Shown: in pieces, positions 1-11,752 of the stretch
How the letters are laid out: each line of letters starts with the position of its first letter
Numbering within the stretch: position 1 is the first letter of the stretch
Source: Corallochytrium limacisporum Hawaii
Lineage: Eukaryota > Protista > Pluriformea
Direction of reading: 5' to 3'
DNA: 64,000 nt
Assembly (NCBI GenBank): GCA_002811645.1
Contig: PDIP01000083.1
Coordinates: 96,937-160,936, forward strand
Program-made: the position numbers and the translations under genes
Notes under the pieces: model-generated
What the model saw: the letters and a program-made list of their open reading frames with translations, nothing else
What the model was told of the DNA's origin: nothing
The model's database searches: none

Positions 1-3000
1 CAGAGGGTTATGTAGGCTGATGAGTTTCTCAACCGGCACACTTCCACTTGGTTCCATTATGGCACTACCATTGTGGTTAGAATCTATGTCCAAGCTGATC
101 CTGGGTGCTGAGAAGCGTTTGAGTCCGCGATGGCTGCCTACCACTGTCGACAACAGGGATGGCACATGCCCCTCAAGCTCAAAGTGCTTGAAAGTGTGAC
201 GTGACATCTGATCGCTTGTCTTGACACTGGCGGCGATGTAAGTTGTGATGACCTCAGTCGCAGGCCCCCTTGGTTTGCCCTCCAGGCCCTTGAAATTCTC
301 GATGTTGTGTGCCGCCGTAACCAGGTTCTGTGCGTTCTGGGAGCCGAAAAATTTCCACTCGGGCATTTTCCACACGGAATCCTTAAAGGGGTTGGTTAGG
401 CCAATGGCTTGCCGCATGGCTGCATGGTACTCATCGGTCGAGGTCCAAGTGGTCACACCAATGGGGAATGAGAAAGCGTCTCCAGGAGTCAAGGAACCAA
501 AGTCATTGCCGACAACTGGGTGCATGACGGTTACCATGCCGTGCAGATCGTCAATATGAGCTTGCGGGGTTAGTGGGTAGTCTCCAGGTGAACAGTGATC
601 ATCCGAGCACACCATTGATTCGTTTGTCTTCTGGGGGTTTAAGTATTGCACTTCCACATCAGCCATCGGCAACGACGGCAACGGGATAGTATTCGGACGC
701 GGAAGCAGAGACAACAAAAACGACTCCGGAGCCACACTGTACGTGATGACTGTGCTCAGAACATTGGGGGAAGAGTGCATGATAATATCCCCCTGTCCCT
801 GTTCCGCGAGGCTCTCCTTGTACACCTCAGGATGGTCACCTGCAAACATGCGAGCCATATAGACATGGAATTTACGCAAGCGACCGTCCGGAGTCAGTGA
901 CCTCGTTACGACCTGCACACGCACCCGTGTGCCAACACCCTCAATAATCATACCGTTCTCGGGATTCCATGTGTCCGGAACTACAGAAAGAAGGTTTCCA
1001 CTGACTTGCCACGTGTGCACCTTGACCACAGAAACGTCTTGAAAGTCCTTGCTTACGTCTATGGCGAGCTGCTCAGAGCTGACGCTTCGTTCTGCTTCCT
1101 CGACTTCTCGAGGAGGGTCAATGATCAACCTGAGACAGTATGGGACAGCGTCCCGGGCAGCCACGTCGAGCAGTGCCATGCCTTCTGTACGCGGTCCAAT
1201 AACACCCAGGTTGAAGCCCTGAGCAGAATGGAATTGCGATGCAACCGGGCGATAACGTAAACTGGCCATCCCGCCCTCCCGTAATGTGTTGTTTGGAGGC
1301 ACAAAGATCTTCAGGAGACCGACCGACGTTATGACATACAAGAACGAGTCTGTGGCGGTCCGGTACTTGTCCATGAAGTCAACCCCCATGAAAAATTGCA
1401 GATCCACAGACTCAGAACCCAGAGTTAGTGACTCCTCGAACCACTGGCACTTATTGTGCACCTCAGTGTCGTTCGCAGAAGGAGCGACCCCACAGCCGCC
1501 AAAGACTGTACCCGCTTCAGCCACCTCTCCTGTCTGGAGCACAAGACGCACACTGTCCTCAGTCGCTTGAAAATTCTTATAGGAGACATGGCGCCCTTGC
1601 AGGCGTCCCATAAGCGGAAGTGCCAGTAAGGAACCATCATCAAAGAGAAGGCGCACTTCACAGGTAAGTGTGTGGGGGAGATACGTCAACAGGTATCGAT
1701 CTGTTACCGCTTCACCGTATTTTGTAACCAGATGCTGTCTGTGTTCAACAGGATCGTAGTTGATGTATACATTGGCCACAGAATCGGCATTGGTCTGTGG
1801 CACTCGTACAGCACCCCCAACGACTTCCACAGTGTGTGATTCTTCGCATAGGTACCTCAGACTCTCACGCTCTATGTCAGTATCTGACGGGACCCGCAAG
1901 TGCCGTGTAGCCCAAGCCTTCACTGCAGTACCAACCAGTAGTCGCTCATAAGGTGACGTGTTCGTGACACTAGTGCCCATAATGTGGAAATATTCACGTC
2001 CCCTACCAACGACACCGAAGTTCAACGTCGATGTGTATCCTACGCCGACCCTCCCCACCATCCCGTGATTTCCTGGACGATCGCCCCGGTGGTCGACCTC
2101 AATGTCAATCAAGAAGGTTCTCAGACTCCGATCCAAAGTAATCATTAAATAGCCCTGCTCGCAAATGTGTTTCACTTCTTCCGGGTCCCAAATCGCGTAC
2201 CCCAGCTCCAGTACGCTATGCACATCGTTTCCGGCGAAGAACCATGGCCGCATCGTTGCCCCCCGAGAGTGTTCCAGGGAATCAGCTTGCATGGAGGGTT
2301 CCACCGGTGGACGCACGGAGATTCCCGTACACCCGCTAACTGTCCACGCCACCCTGTCCGGTTCAGTCGCACGCATCAGCAACGACGCAGTCTCGACTAC
2401 AGAGACCGAGAATTGCTGCTGTGCCCTGAGGGGCATGCCCCTGAAAAACAAGGGCGAGCGTTGGTCTCGGTCGTGGCCAGGGGGGTTTACTATGGATTGC
2501 TCTTGCGCGAGGGTCTTTACCTTGCCCGAAACGTCAAAACCGAACAGTTTACCTGACCGCATACGAATGACGACCACCGCATTGCGATTCTCTACATCTT
2601 CTTCAGTAGCATCTTGCAATTCATGTACACTGAGGTGTTGTGTGGCTTTCTGCTGTGCCAACGGCCGTGGACGGAACGAGATGGTCAGGGCCACGTACTC
2701 GTGGCTTCTAAGCATCGGTAAAGGCTTTGCCAGGTCCCAGTTGGCAATGAAGAAATCTTTGGAACTAATTCCAATAGCATCTACCGTATCGTCGTGCTCG
2801 CTCAGGTTTTCAAGCCGGAGGTCGATGGAAAAGATTTGCCAGTACTCCGCAGGGCGATCGTACTGCACCACTGGCCTTCTTTCACCGTTCAATCTAAATG
2901 TGTTCACCAAGTTCGGATCTCCGAGCTGCTCCTGTGTTTGTCTTACTAATTCATCCGTTACTGTGAGGTACTGTGGGTTTGAGTCCACTGTCGGGTGCAT

Positions 3001-3351
3001 CCAGGTTGACAGGGCGTCACCCTGGAACACAGCATTGGACAGGGCACTTTCGCCCGTGGGAGACGTGATTTCGGCGCCGAGGTATGCCACCCCTTTGCAA
3101 TTCATGGTCCCCTCAAGAGCGCAATTCTTCCGAAGTTCCTTGTAATGTTCTTCCTGTGGCCACCAGCCGTCTGCTGGTTCATGGCGAGGGACTAGATTGT
3201 CACGACTAGTAACCCAAGCCTGCTTGCCATCATCTCCTCGCGTGGGAATGAAGCGCTGTGCCATGGCGGTGGATGTGCAGCAAAAGAGCACAATGAGGAC
3301 CACCGCCATCAGCAACGGAAGGCCGGTTCGTTGCTTACCAACGACCTTCAT
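1..3351 (-). CDS. TMEM131-like membrane/secretory-pathway protein; partial, C-terminus lies beyond the left edge (>1117 aa)
   Basis: Manual translation from ATG at 3351 (MKVVGKQRTGLPLLMAVVLIVLFCCTSTAMAQ, signal-peptide-like) stays open to base 1 (...EKLISLHNPL). It is absent from the ORF track because no stop falls in the window. Segments LRLENLS..ISSKDFF..LTISFRPR..NAVVVIRMRSGKLFGFDVSG..NPPG and TSTLNFGVVG resemble recalled TMEM131 N-terminal PapD-like motifs. The ORF is well supported and the family call is moderate. Confidence 0.7.
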   Translation of the reverse strand, partial: MKVVGKQRTGLPLLMAVVLIVLFCCTSTAMAQRFIPTRGDDGKQAWVTSRDNLVPRHEPADGWWPQEEHYKELRKNCALEGTMNCKGVAYLGAEITSPTGESALSNAVFQGDALSTWMHPTVDSNPQYLTVTDELVRQTQEQLGDPNLVNTFRLNGERRPVVQYDRPAEYWQIFSIDLRLENLSEHDDTVDAIGISSKDFFIANWDLAKPLPMLRSHEYVALTISFRPRPLAQQKATQHLSVHELQDATEEDVENRNAVVVIRMRSGKLFGFDVSGKVKTLAQEQSIVNPPGHDRDQRSPLFFRGMPLRAQQQFSVSVVETASLLMRATEPDRVAWTVSGCTGISVRPPVEPSMQADSLEHSRGATMRPWFFAGNDVHSVLELGYAIWDPEEVKHICEQGYLMITLDRSLRTFLIDIEVDHRGDRPGNHGMVGRVGVGYTSTLNFGVVGRGREYFHIMGTSVTNTSPYERLLVGTAVKAWATRHLRVPSDTDIERESLRYLCEESHTVEVVGGAVRVPQTNADSVANVYINYDPVEHRQHLVTKYGEAVTDRYLLTYLPHTLTCEVRLLFDDGSLLALPLMGRLQGRHVSYKNFQATEDSVRLVLQTGEVAEAGTVFGGCGVAPSANDTEVHNKCQWFEESLTLGSESVDLQFFMGVDFMDKYRTATDSFLYVITSVGLLKIFVPPNNTLREGGMASLRYRPVASQFHSAQGFNLGVIGPRTEGMALLDVAARDAVPYCLRLIIDPPREVEEAERSVSSEQLAIDVSKDFQDVSVVKVHTWQVSGNLLSVVPDTWNPENGMIIEGVGTRVRVQVVTRSLTPDGRLRKFHVYMARMFAGDHPEVYKESLAEQGQGDIIMHSSPNVLSTVITYSVAPESFLLSLLPRPNTIPLPSLPMADVEVQYLNPQKTNESMVCSDDHCSPGDYPLTPQAHIDDLHGMVTVMHPVVGNDFGSLTPGDAFSFPIGVTTWTSTDEYHAAMRQAIGLTNPFKDSVWKMPEWKFFGSQNAQNLVTAAHNIENFKGLEGKPRGPATEVITTYIAASVKTSDQMSRHTFKHFELEGHVPSLLSTVVGSHRGLKRFSAPRISLDIDSNHNGSAIMEPSGSVPVEKLISLHNPL

Positions 3352-6203
3352 GTTGCTGCTGTGCTCTATACTGTTCTACTAACTATGATTGTACTCTTAC
3401 TTTTATCTCCCATGTTAGCAGATTCGTTTGCGAAAGAAAGTATCCCTATACTCTCCCGAAATATTCAGTTGGTTTGTCAAATGACAACAGCGGACAGACC
3501 ACCAGGTTGATCTCTCGACCAAGGCCCCTGGGTTTGTCAATGTCTCCTTGAAGTTGGACTAATGAATAGTATCAAGGCGTGCATCACCTGTGTCGACAGT
3601 CTCACAACCCCGAAATAGCCAGTCCATGCCCGCTCAGAATAGATCACCACCCGAATCTCACCAGAGCCTGAAACCAATCCCTGTTCTTTCAGCGCCCGCC
3701 AATGTGTCATCACGTCGCCACCAATCATTTTCCCAACCAATACAATGCGGAAGGACACACGCTCGCTGGCTCGGCTCTGTTCCAACTCACCGGAGAGACC
3801 CACACTCGCGGTCCTAATGCGAGCACGCACAGCGCACACCACGCATAGCCCGCCACCCCCGGGGGCTTTCTCCCCCCCCCTTCTTTCCTCCCTGCCCAGG
3901 GAGGGGTGGGGGCCGTGTGGTGGTCCGCCTCCTGCGGTGTGCGGGTGGAGTTGCAAAGATTTCAGGAACAAAAAAACAGCGGTACCGCTCCGACATAAGG
4001 TCCATCGACGACATGTGCTCTATCTGTGTCTCCGACTTGATATCATAGTCGTACCGTTCGTTCGTGATATCGGGTGTGAATATGTGCATGGCGAAGAAAG
4101 GCTGCAAACACTGGCAGCCACACACAGACCAGCGACACGGACTGCAAAATGCCAGCCATCTTGCCCCCTCCTCCGCAGGTTGTGTTCCTCAGATTCCGTG
4201 AAAGAATGGGCCGTCAGAACAAACACAGTGCAGAAATTGCGGTTACCACCCTACACATTACAGTATTCGCCCCCAAAATTCAAACACACGCAAGCCAGAA
4301 TGTTCAAAACGATCATTGGGGCATGGTACGTCACAAAGTGACCAGCTTGTTTATGTCTCTGGCACTTTGTTCTCTCGCGAACGATTCTTCGGACCAGCCC
4401 CGTTGAGGAAGAGGAGAACAAAAGACTCGGCATCCATGACTATGACCATCGATATGCCTCGTGATGGTTCCATCCCTGGGCACGGGCGCGCTTTTGAACC
4501 ATGGCGGATGTAGTTTGGGTATCCGGGCCAGCTGTGTTCGTTCAGCGAATTTTGAAATGAATGATTTGGAGCTTCCTTCCCCGGTCCTCCATATCTGCTC
4601 TTCCATTCCCTGCGGCCCCGTCGGCGAGGAAAAAAGTGCAGTTTTTTCGCCAAGTTTTCAATTTCCTGTTTTTTTCTTGCTATTCTCTGTGCTTGAATTC
4701 CGTAGTACTTCTCTTTGTCGCCAGGGGCGCGTGGAGCTTGGCATTTCTCCCCTCTCCCAAACACAGAGAGTTTGCATAAGGAAAAGGCATTCTATCTATG
4801 GGTGTGTGCTCTGGCTGTTCTTGATGAGGATCTCGGGAATGTGGATCTGGTAGTCTTACCAGCCAGCGCGGTCGGGTCGATGTACACATCTTATCACATG
4901 TGACCGACCACTGCGGAGACACTTGTTTTGAGCACTCAGGCAGGGTAAGGTTGGTAGGGTGGCGGGCGAGTCCAGCCAGTGGAAGAAACAGGGGACGTTG
5001 CAGGTTATGTAGAATTCCTTCACGTTCTTGGAATTTTCCTCACTGGAAAAGCTCCGCCTTTATATATAGAACGTACCGTAGAAAACATCAGCGCGCCGTC
5101 GCCGTGTCTCCTGTTCCTTTCTTTTTCGTCTTGGCTGTTTGGCGTGCGGCAGCCGCGCCTTCATCCTGAACTATTTTGTGGATGTTGACGCAACCATACT
5201 CTTTGATAGTCGCAACGCTATCGTTCGGGTGCAGAAAGTTTCAACAAAACTGGTTCCGCGAGATCGAAATCGTGGACCTGAGGACTGGACAGCGACGAAG
5301 AAATAACTGTAGGGATGCTGAACGCACTGCACCGCGCACTCAGTTGGGTCGAACGTCGCCAGATTGTTACAATTCAGTGTATGTGCTACGGCATCAACAT
5401 CCTGAAAGCGTGAACGCTTCGGACTCTCTATGCGGGAGAGTTTCTCACACCAGCTTATTTATTGAAGGTATAGACTTGATAAGCATAATCGTGGAGTGTG
5501 TGTGGGGGGAGGGGCTCAATCCAGAAATGGAGCGTATCGGAGGGACCTTAAGGATGATGAAGAGTACGTTTAGAATCCTGTGTACACACAACTGACCATC
5601 GCTAAAGACCATCCGGATGGCACCCAATCCAGTAGACCACCCGTGGCCCAGACACTGGTGCATCCACCAGTCACATGAGGTTTGCGTGTTTGTCTGCATG
5701 TCCATCCCTTGTTTCTCGCACCCTCCGCGTGTGAAGGGACACACAGTGCAGCATAAACCGAGGACCATGCACCTTTCGTTCAGAATGCAATGTGAGTGTG
5801 CGCGGTGGGATGCGCAGTGCGGTGCGCCTGCACACTTACCCCACATGGCAAGCAGCTTCCTTGGTGTTTGTGCGCTTGTGATTCGGGAAGACCTTAGGAT
5901 TTCGGAGCCACTACATGGCTTGGTTCGTTTTTTGACGCGAATTCCCATCATCGTTCGCGATTCCCCCCGGAAACTACTGGCAATTAGCAGCAGGAGGAAG
6001 GCGATCTCGCACCACTTCAACTACTATGTCGTTAATGAGAATGTGCGTGTGCCTTTGCATATTATTTGTTCCTGGCTTCCTACGCAACGTAATAGTGCCG
6101 CTGCGGGCTTGTAATTAGTGCATTCATGGTGGCGAGTTCGTCCAATGCGTGGCAATAAATAGTAACAGTGCTGAACATACCAGAGAAAGACGTACGCAAA
6201 TGT

Positions 6204-6227
6204 TGGTGGTGGTGGTGGTGGTGGTGG
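6204..6227. repeat. (TGG)8 microsatellite
   Basis: Read directly; lies ~200 bp downstream of the ABCD copy 1 stop codon. Confidence 0.95.
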
Positions 6228-6435
6228 TATCATTTGCCGGAGCCTTATTTCCGAATCGGTATGATTGATTTGCATGTCCGCGAAAAGAAAGTAGAGGCAT
6301 GGCACGTATCAATGCAAGAGAGAGGAAGGTGGACATATGATGTCGTGCTATGGTTGCGAATGAATAGTGTCTTTAACCATCTTTAAAGTAAATGTGAATG
6401 ATATGTATGGATGTTTGTGGCAATGCAGTGTGCGT

Positions 6436-8442
6436 TTAGCTGCCCCATTCGGTGCCTTCGCCCTCAATCTTCTTGAACTCGTAGCTGCCGCGGCCGTCAA
6501 AGTGCAGCACGTACTCGTGGAACTTCCACAGAGACTTGCGGTGAGACACCGTAAACAGCGTGATTCCCAGCTCCCGGCTGTGAGTGTACATGTATCCCTC
6601 AACATCCACAGACACCGCAGAGGTGCACTCGTCCAGAATCGCAAACTGAGGCTTGTGGTAAAACAGTCGCGCCATAGCCACACGCTGCTTCTCACCGCCA
6701 CTCAGCACATCAGCCCAGTCTTGCACGGCATCCCAGCCGCCCTCCCGGTCTACCAGGTGCGAAAGGTGTACCTCATCCAGGAACTTGAACAAACCCTGGT
6801 CAGACAAGCCTCGGCGCTTCATGTCTTCGGCAGAGTCCGGGTAGATTACCTGGTCACGGAGAGTACCAATAGTCAGGTATGGCTTCTGGGGAACGTAGAA
6901 CAGCTTAGCCGCAGCAGGCTTGGTCATTGTGCCGCCAAACAACGGCCACAGGCCACCGAGGATACGGAACAGAGAGGATTTGCCGCACCCATTGGGACCG
7001 GACACGAGGACGTTTTCGCCGGACTTGATGGTTATGTTCAGCTCCTTGACCAGCACATCACCATTGGGAGTCACCACAGGCACACGATCGAACTTGATCA
7101 GGTGGTCCTTGTGGATAATCTTACCATTTCCGGGAGCCAAGGGCACACCATCGACTTCCTTACCCTCCAGACTCAGCATGGTGCGAGAGTAGTGTCCCTT
7201 CTCCAAATCCTCGAGCACATCCATAATGTCAATCACACGGGCAGTGAAACCAGCCAGGCGGGTCATTTCGCGACCAGCCAGAACCACACGACCGATGGCA
7301 CCGGCCATGCGAACCAGCATGCGTCCGGACCGGTTGTAGGCTTCGCTGATCTCGACTGTGGGTACGTTCTCCCAGTACGGGTCGTTCAGGAACGGACGGG
7401 ACACGGCGAAGAACCCGACCACAGTAGCAAAGTACTTGGCCACGACGTTATCAATCACACCGATGCTAAAGCGGAAGCGCATGGAGTCACGCAGGTGGTT
7501 CTGCAGACGGTTGTAAGCCTCAAACACAGTCACCTTCTCTCGATCACCACCGTTGTAGAAGGCAATTTCCTCGCCATGGGTAATGATGCGAGCGTTGACA
7601 AAACGGTATTCACCCTCCAGACGTTGTTCTCCGACCGTGAACTTTCCGACAGGTTTGCGCAGACGTGTCAGCAGCACGCCGCTCAGACCCAAATAGCCGG
7701 TCATGATAGCCGGGCCACCGGCACCGATGAGCTCGGTCAAACGACGAGCGTAAATGATAATATCGAGAATGGGCTTGCTGAGGTTGGAGTACAAATCAAC
7801 AACGGACTGGCAGAACCTATCAACATCCTGGGTCAGCAGCTGGTCGGCATTAGAGATACGAGTATCCAGAAAAGCAACCTTGTAGTAGGTGAAGCCCTTC
7901 AGATACTCCTGCAACAGATGGTTGGTCAGACGGGTGCGGAATCGCAGGGCCATTTCGTTCAAGGAGTACTTCAGGAACGAGTTGACGAAACCCATCGGTA
8001 CCATACCGGCAAAGAATTGCAGAAGGCCGTTGCGGAAGCCAGTGACGTCGCGGTCGATGATACGGGCCTCAATCCGTGTGTTAATACTAATCATCCACAG
8101 ATCACACAGAGTGCGCAGCACCATGAAGACGGAAGCCATACCAATGAAACCGGCCTCCGGGCTGAACAGACTGGGCACGCAGATCTTCAGCAGGCGTCCC
8201 AGGCGAGCGTAGAACTCGTTGCCGACTGCGACCTTTTCGTTGCGCTTTACAGCACCCTTCTTACTCATGCCGATCTGACGGTCTGCCTTGGCACCGACCT
8301 TCAGCACGTATGAGTAGGTACCTGCCAGAGCAACGGCACTGACCAGCAGGCCAAGGTTGCGGCGACGGTGTTGAGAGGAGAAGATGGCCTCAGCCAAACC
8401 ACCGAGGACCCCGCCCATATCGACTTGCTTGGACAGAGACAT
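6436..8442 (-). CDS. ABCD3: Peroxisomal ABC half-transporter, ABCD3/PMP70-type (copy 1), 668 aa
   Basis: ABC_membrane_2 motifs ([19 protein letters not shown]), Walker [10 protein letters not shown], signature LSGGEKQR, Walker [22 protein letters not shown]. The C-terminus YEFKKIEGEGTEWGS resembles the recalled ABCD3 ending ...VEFGS. Confidence 0.93.
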   Translation of the reverse strand: MSLSKQVDMGGVLGGLAEAIFSSQHRRRNLGLLVSAVALAGTYSYVLKVGAKADRQIGMSKKGAVKRNEKVAVGNEFYARLGRLLKICVPSLFSPEAGFIGMASVFMVLRTLCDLWMISINTRIEARIIDRDVTGFRNGLLQFFAGMVPMGFVNSFLKYSLNEMALRFRTRLTNHLLQEYLKGFTYYKVAFLDTRISNADQLLTQDVDRFCQSVVDLYSNLSKPILDIIIYARRLTELIGAGGPAIMTGYLGLSGVLLTRLRKPVGKFTVGEQRLEGEYRFVNARIITHGEEIAFYNGGDREKVTVFEAYNRLQNHLRDSMRFRFSIGVIDNVVAKYFATVVGFFAVSRPFLNDPYWENVPTVEISEAYNRSGRMLVRMAGAIGRVVLAGREMTRLAGFTARVIDIMDVLEDLEKGHYSRTMLSLEGKEVDGVPLAPGNGKIIHKDHLIKFDRVPVVTPNGDVLVKELNITIKSGENVLVSGPNGCGKSSLFRILGGLWPLFGGTMTKPAAAKLFYVPQKPYLTIGTLRDQVIYPDSAEDMKRRGLSDQGLFKFLDEVHLSHLVDREGGWDAVQDWADVLSGGEKQRVAMARLFYHKPQFAILDECTSAVSVDVEGYMYTHSRELGITLFTVSHRKSLWKFHEYVLHFDGRGSYEFKKIEGEGTEWGS

Positions 8443-11400
8443 GGTGCTTTCGAGCTTTCGGTTTTGCCTAGCCTAACTTACTAAATTGATGCCCTTGCTC
8501 TATACCCGTTTGTGTTCGCAGAGAGCCGATTTGAATCTAGAAGGACAGACCTGAACCCCGTTGAGAGAGAAATGAGAGAAAGTCTATCTATGCGTACGGT
8601 TTGCTATCCAGAGCCAGAGAACACAGTCTTCAGCTCAATTGGTCTTAGAGACCCAGACTGTGCTGGAGTAAATTGGCTGAGTCACTCTCTGAAATACACT
8701 GCTCAGGACATGATCTACACAAGAGGCTGTGCAAGATCCACATTGAAAAGCCAAATGTTACAGGTACGACCGTCTTGTCGTTGGCCATACAAACCTCAAT
8801 CTGAATAGTCTCGTGCACCACTTTGATGAGACATGGCAAAAAGGAACCAGCAAGGGCTGCCAAGGAAGCAAATACTGGTCGGAAATCCCGTGCTTTTTGG
8901 GCCCAACTCCCACTGCTGCGTGCTTTCTGCTGCGTCACACTGTCAGCCCTCAACTCCCCAGTCCTCCCCCTTTTCCTCTCCTTTTTAACGGACGGAGAGC
9001 CAGGCGGGCGGGCACGCCCGCGTCCCCGAGTGTGCAAGAAGCGCGCGGTGGTTTTGTTCCGGTGGGCCCGAAATCCGCGGTCCCTGGACTCACGATACCG
9101 AATGAACTGGAGAAAGCCAGCCAGAGCGGTCGAGGATCCCAGGTTTCCCCTTCGAGCTCATATTGTCATATCACGAAACATCATATGGGGAATTAAGTAT
9201 TGCACATCACACGGCATGGCTCACTTGACGTATCTGTGCGTCTATTCCATCCACCATGCGGGTTAACGATGAGGTGGTGCGGAGTCGGGTGGTTACACTA
9301 CCCGAGGAGGACACCATGACTAGCAGGAACTCTGTCGCTCTTCTCCCTTCGCTGCTTACACATTCCTGTGAACTGTAAGAATACCCCCCTCTGCTTTACC
9401 AACTGGCCCGAACCTCAAACTGCTCAACTCTCCACCACCAACCCGACCACCCACATACCCACCACCACCAAATATCGGACACCTGCCCGCGGGTATGTAC
9501 CAGTGATGCACAATACGTTCTATGAATGCTGATATGGGGTTGGTAAACTGTCCCAAGACCATGCCTTTGACCCAAATAGTTACTAAATGTCTGAGCGTTC
9601 TTGTATCGAGGTGGATGCTTCGTGGTCTTCCTTTTCATTCTGTATGTCTCCTGCGCAACAACACACTGCCCCAAACATTTCCCCAAGCGTGCGACTGATG
9701 GCTCCTGTCCACCATCATTTCGCTTAGACGTTCGCTACAGCCCATAAATACATTGACTTTCTTTTTAGCAGTAGCATATGTACCAACCATACACACGCGC
9801 ACGAACATCTAGGACACCCTACTTCACCGTATTAATGTCGATTTGCGGGCCCCCGGTGGGGTTTGGGTTTGCTTCAACCCATGAATTTTTAATGACGAAG
9901 TATGCAAAGAGAAGGGCAAGCTCGGATACGGTCCGATGACGACCGACGGGACGCAAGAGGCGAGTACGAACGAGCAGAATAAGATCTTGGGGCTTTCGTT
10001 CTAAAAACCCGCACGCAGCAGCAGCAGCAGCGTACACACAAGCCATCCTGCTACAAAGTTAGGTAGGGGATTTGGGTTGGGACTTTCTTCCCCGGTTTAA
10101 AGCACTCCGGATTCCTGTTCTTCGGAAGGATTTTAAAATTGTCCTTTGCTCTTCGTTGTGCCAAATTGGACCAGTTTTAATTACTTGAACCGTTTCCCGT
10201 CCTGCTGCGGGGCCCCATCGATACTTCCCCGGATCGCAAACGAAAAAAAAAAAAATACCATTGTCTGATGGCGAAGGGAGTGTCAGCTGATGATGGGCTG
10301 GTGGCGGGGAGGAACGCCCGTCCGTTGTGGCCCCCCCCCAACCCCCCAACCTCCAGGGGGGGGGCCCTCTCCGCGCCTTCCCCGTGTGGAGCTCGAATTT
10401 TTCATTACGTACTCACTCTGCTTGCGCCCTTTGCCGGCGTCTGTCATCGTTCTTCTGCTCCAGCTCACCAACTCTGCGTCTCACTGAAGCCATTTCGGGT
10501 ACCGCTGGCCACCGTGGCATATCCTCACCGGCCTGGTGGTTGACTACTGCCCGGCAAATTCGGCTACACGTTAACTGCTTGCCCGGGCCTTCAACGTGAT
10601 CGGCGCACTCACTGTGTGCTTCACATTGTGCTGGGTGTGAACTATCACTCACCGCCAAACGAGCAGGAAGGCCAGTACAAATAGTTCTGTCCTTTGGTGG
10701 CATGCGATGGTGATTGTCCTTTTGATCAAGGACAATTTAGATGTGATAATATGTCTTACATCCGGTATTACTGTGCGCGGTGGCCTACGTGGAAAGGTAT
10801 AGAAGGTGACGTCAAATACTCAACTCCCCGCCCAGAGGGATACTGACGGCGATGGACGGACCTTATGTTGAAGGTTCAGGCGCCACTCAACCGTGCAGTC
10901 TTCACTTCGATCTGCAATTCTGGTACTGTTCCAGCCATCATCAGTCGTCCGCCATCCACATGGAAGTCACAAAACCTCACCACTAATCGTTCGTTTGTTC
11001 CTTCGACGTTTTCTGTGCATGCTGCAAATCTCTGTTCCACTCTGTGCGACAGCGGGAACTGCCCTGTTGTACCTCCCTTCCCCGCAACTTTTCCCCTTTG
11101 CGATGTACCACCCCACATCAAGGGTCTATCACGCCTGCAATTTGGGATGAAATTTGCCGCCAGGCATTTTGGCCCTATTTTTAGCACCGGTATTTTTGTG
11201 GGAGGGCCGACCCGGTGGGCGGCGGGAAGGGGTTTGGAGCGGAAAGCCGGTAGAGATCGCGCTGTGAAGACCTCAGAGGTTTTACCAATTCGATGATGAA
11301 TCCGCGCTGGACCCTTTTCCTGGGCCAAAATCATTAGCCCCAAGGCACTCCAATTTCCCACATGATGATTTCTTGGTGTGGTCGATGCCAATATGCACGG

Positions 11401-11752
11401 TAGATGTTTCACGTCTTGGGTGCTTAGAGATGATGGGCGTGTGTAGGACGGTATTTTACTACTCAGTTCTACGGTGCGTTTCGTTCCTATAGGGGGAAGC
11501 GCGGAACCGATGGTTGCTATTCTTGGTAGGGAGTTGACTTGGTGTGGTGTTGGGAGTCTAATTTCCTACACCACGTCTGCACGTACCGTGCGCAGTGCGA
11601 ACAGACTGTGTTCGCGAGCGGACTTACGAAGCCATGTGTTGATTGCTGATGGTTGGTGTGTATTAATATCTACAATGATTCGTGCGATGCCAAGTGAACG
11701 TGGGCGCATGGCGATTATGCGGGTAATGTGTTGATACAGTAAGAGAGTTCTT

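Noticed and set aside
2165-3145. 326 aa plus-strand ORF and other short ORFs in 245-3382
   Set aside because: They overlap the long minus-strand TMEM131-like frame and have a shadow-like Ser/Cys/Arg-rich composition.
3537-6400. Numerous 60-200 aa ORFs between the TMEM131-like gene and ABCD copy 1
   Set aside because: Mostly non-ATG starts, overlapping in all frames and without motifs; some fragments look coding-like but could not be assigned.
6367-8313. 648 aa plus-strand ORF
   Set aside because: In-register antisense shadow of ABCD copy 1, explained by avoidance of TTA/CTA/TCA codons; no recognisable motifs.
9286-9323. Hairpin CGGGTGG-TTACA-CTACCCG followed by CTAG, as a Helitron 3' end
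   Set aside because: CTAG is not followed by T, no matching 5' end or Rep/helicase remnant was found, and it occurs once.
10413-10703. 96 aa ATG-initiated ORF with a short coiled-coil-like end between the ABCD paralogs
   Set aside because: No recognisable family and it runs into a homopolymer-rich tract; cannot be supported without expression data.
10876-11412. 178 aa ORF with LMWGGTSQRG, resembling the Tc1 transposase motif VMVWG.IS..G
   Set aside because: No DDE motifs or terminal inverted repeats seen; a single short match is insufficient.
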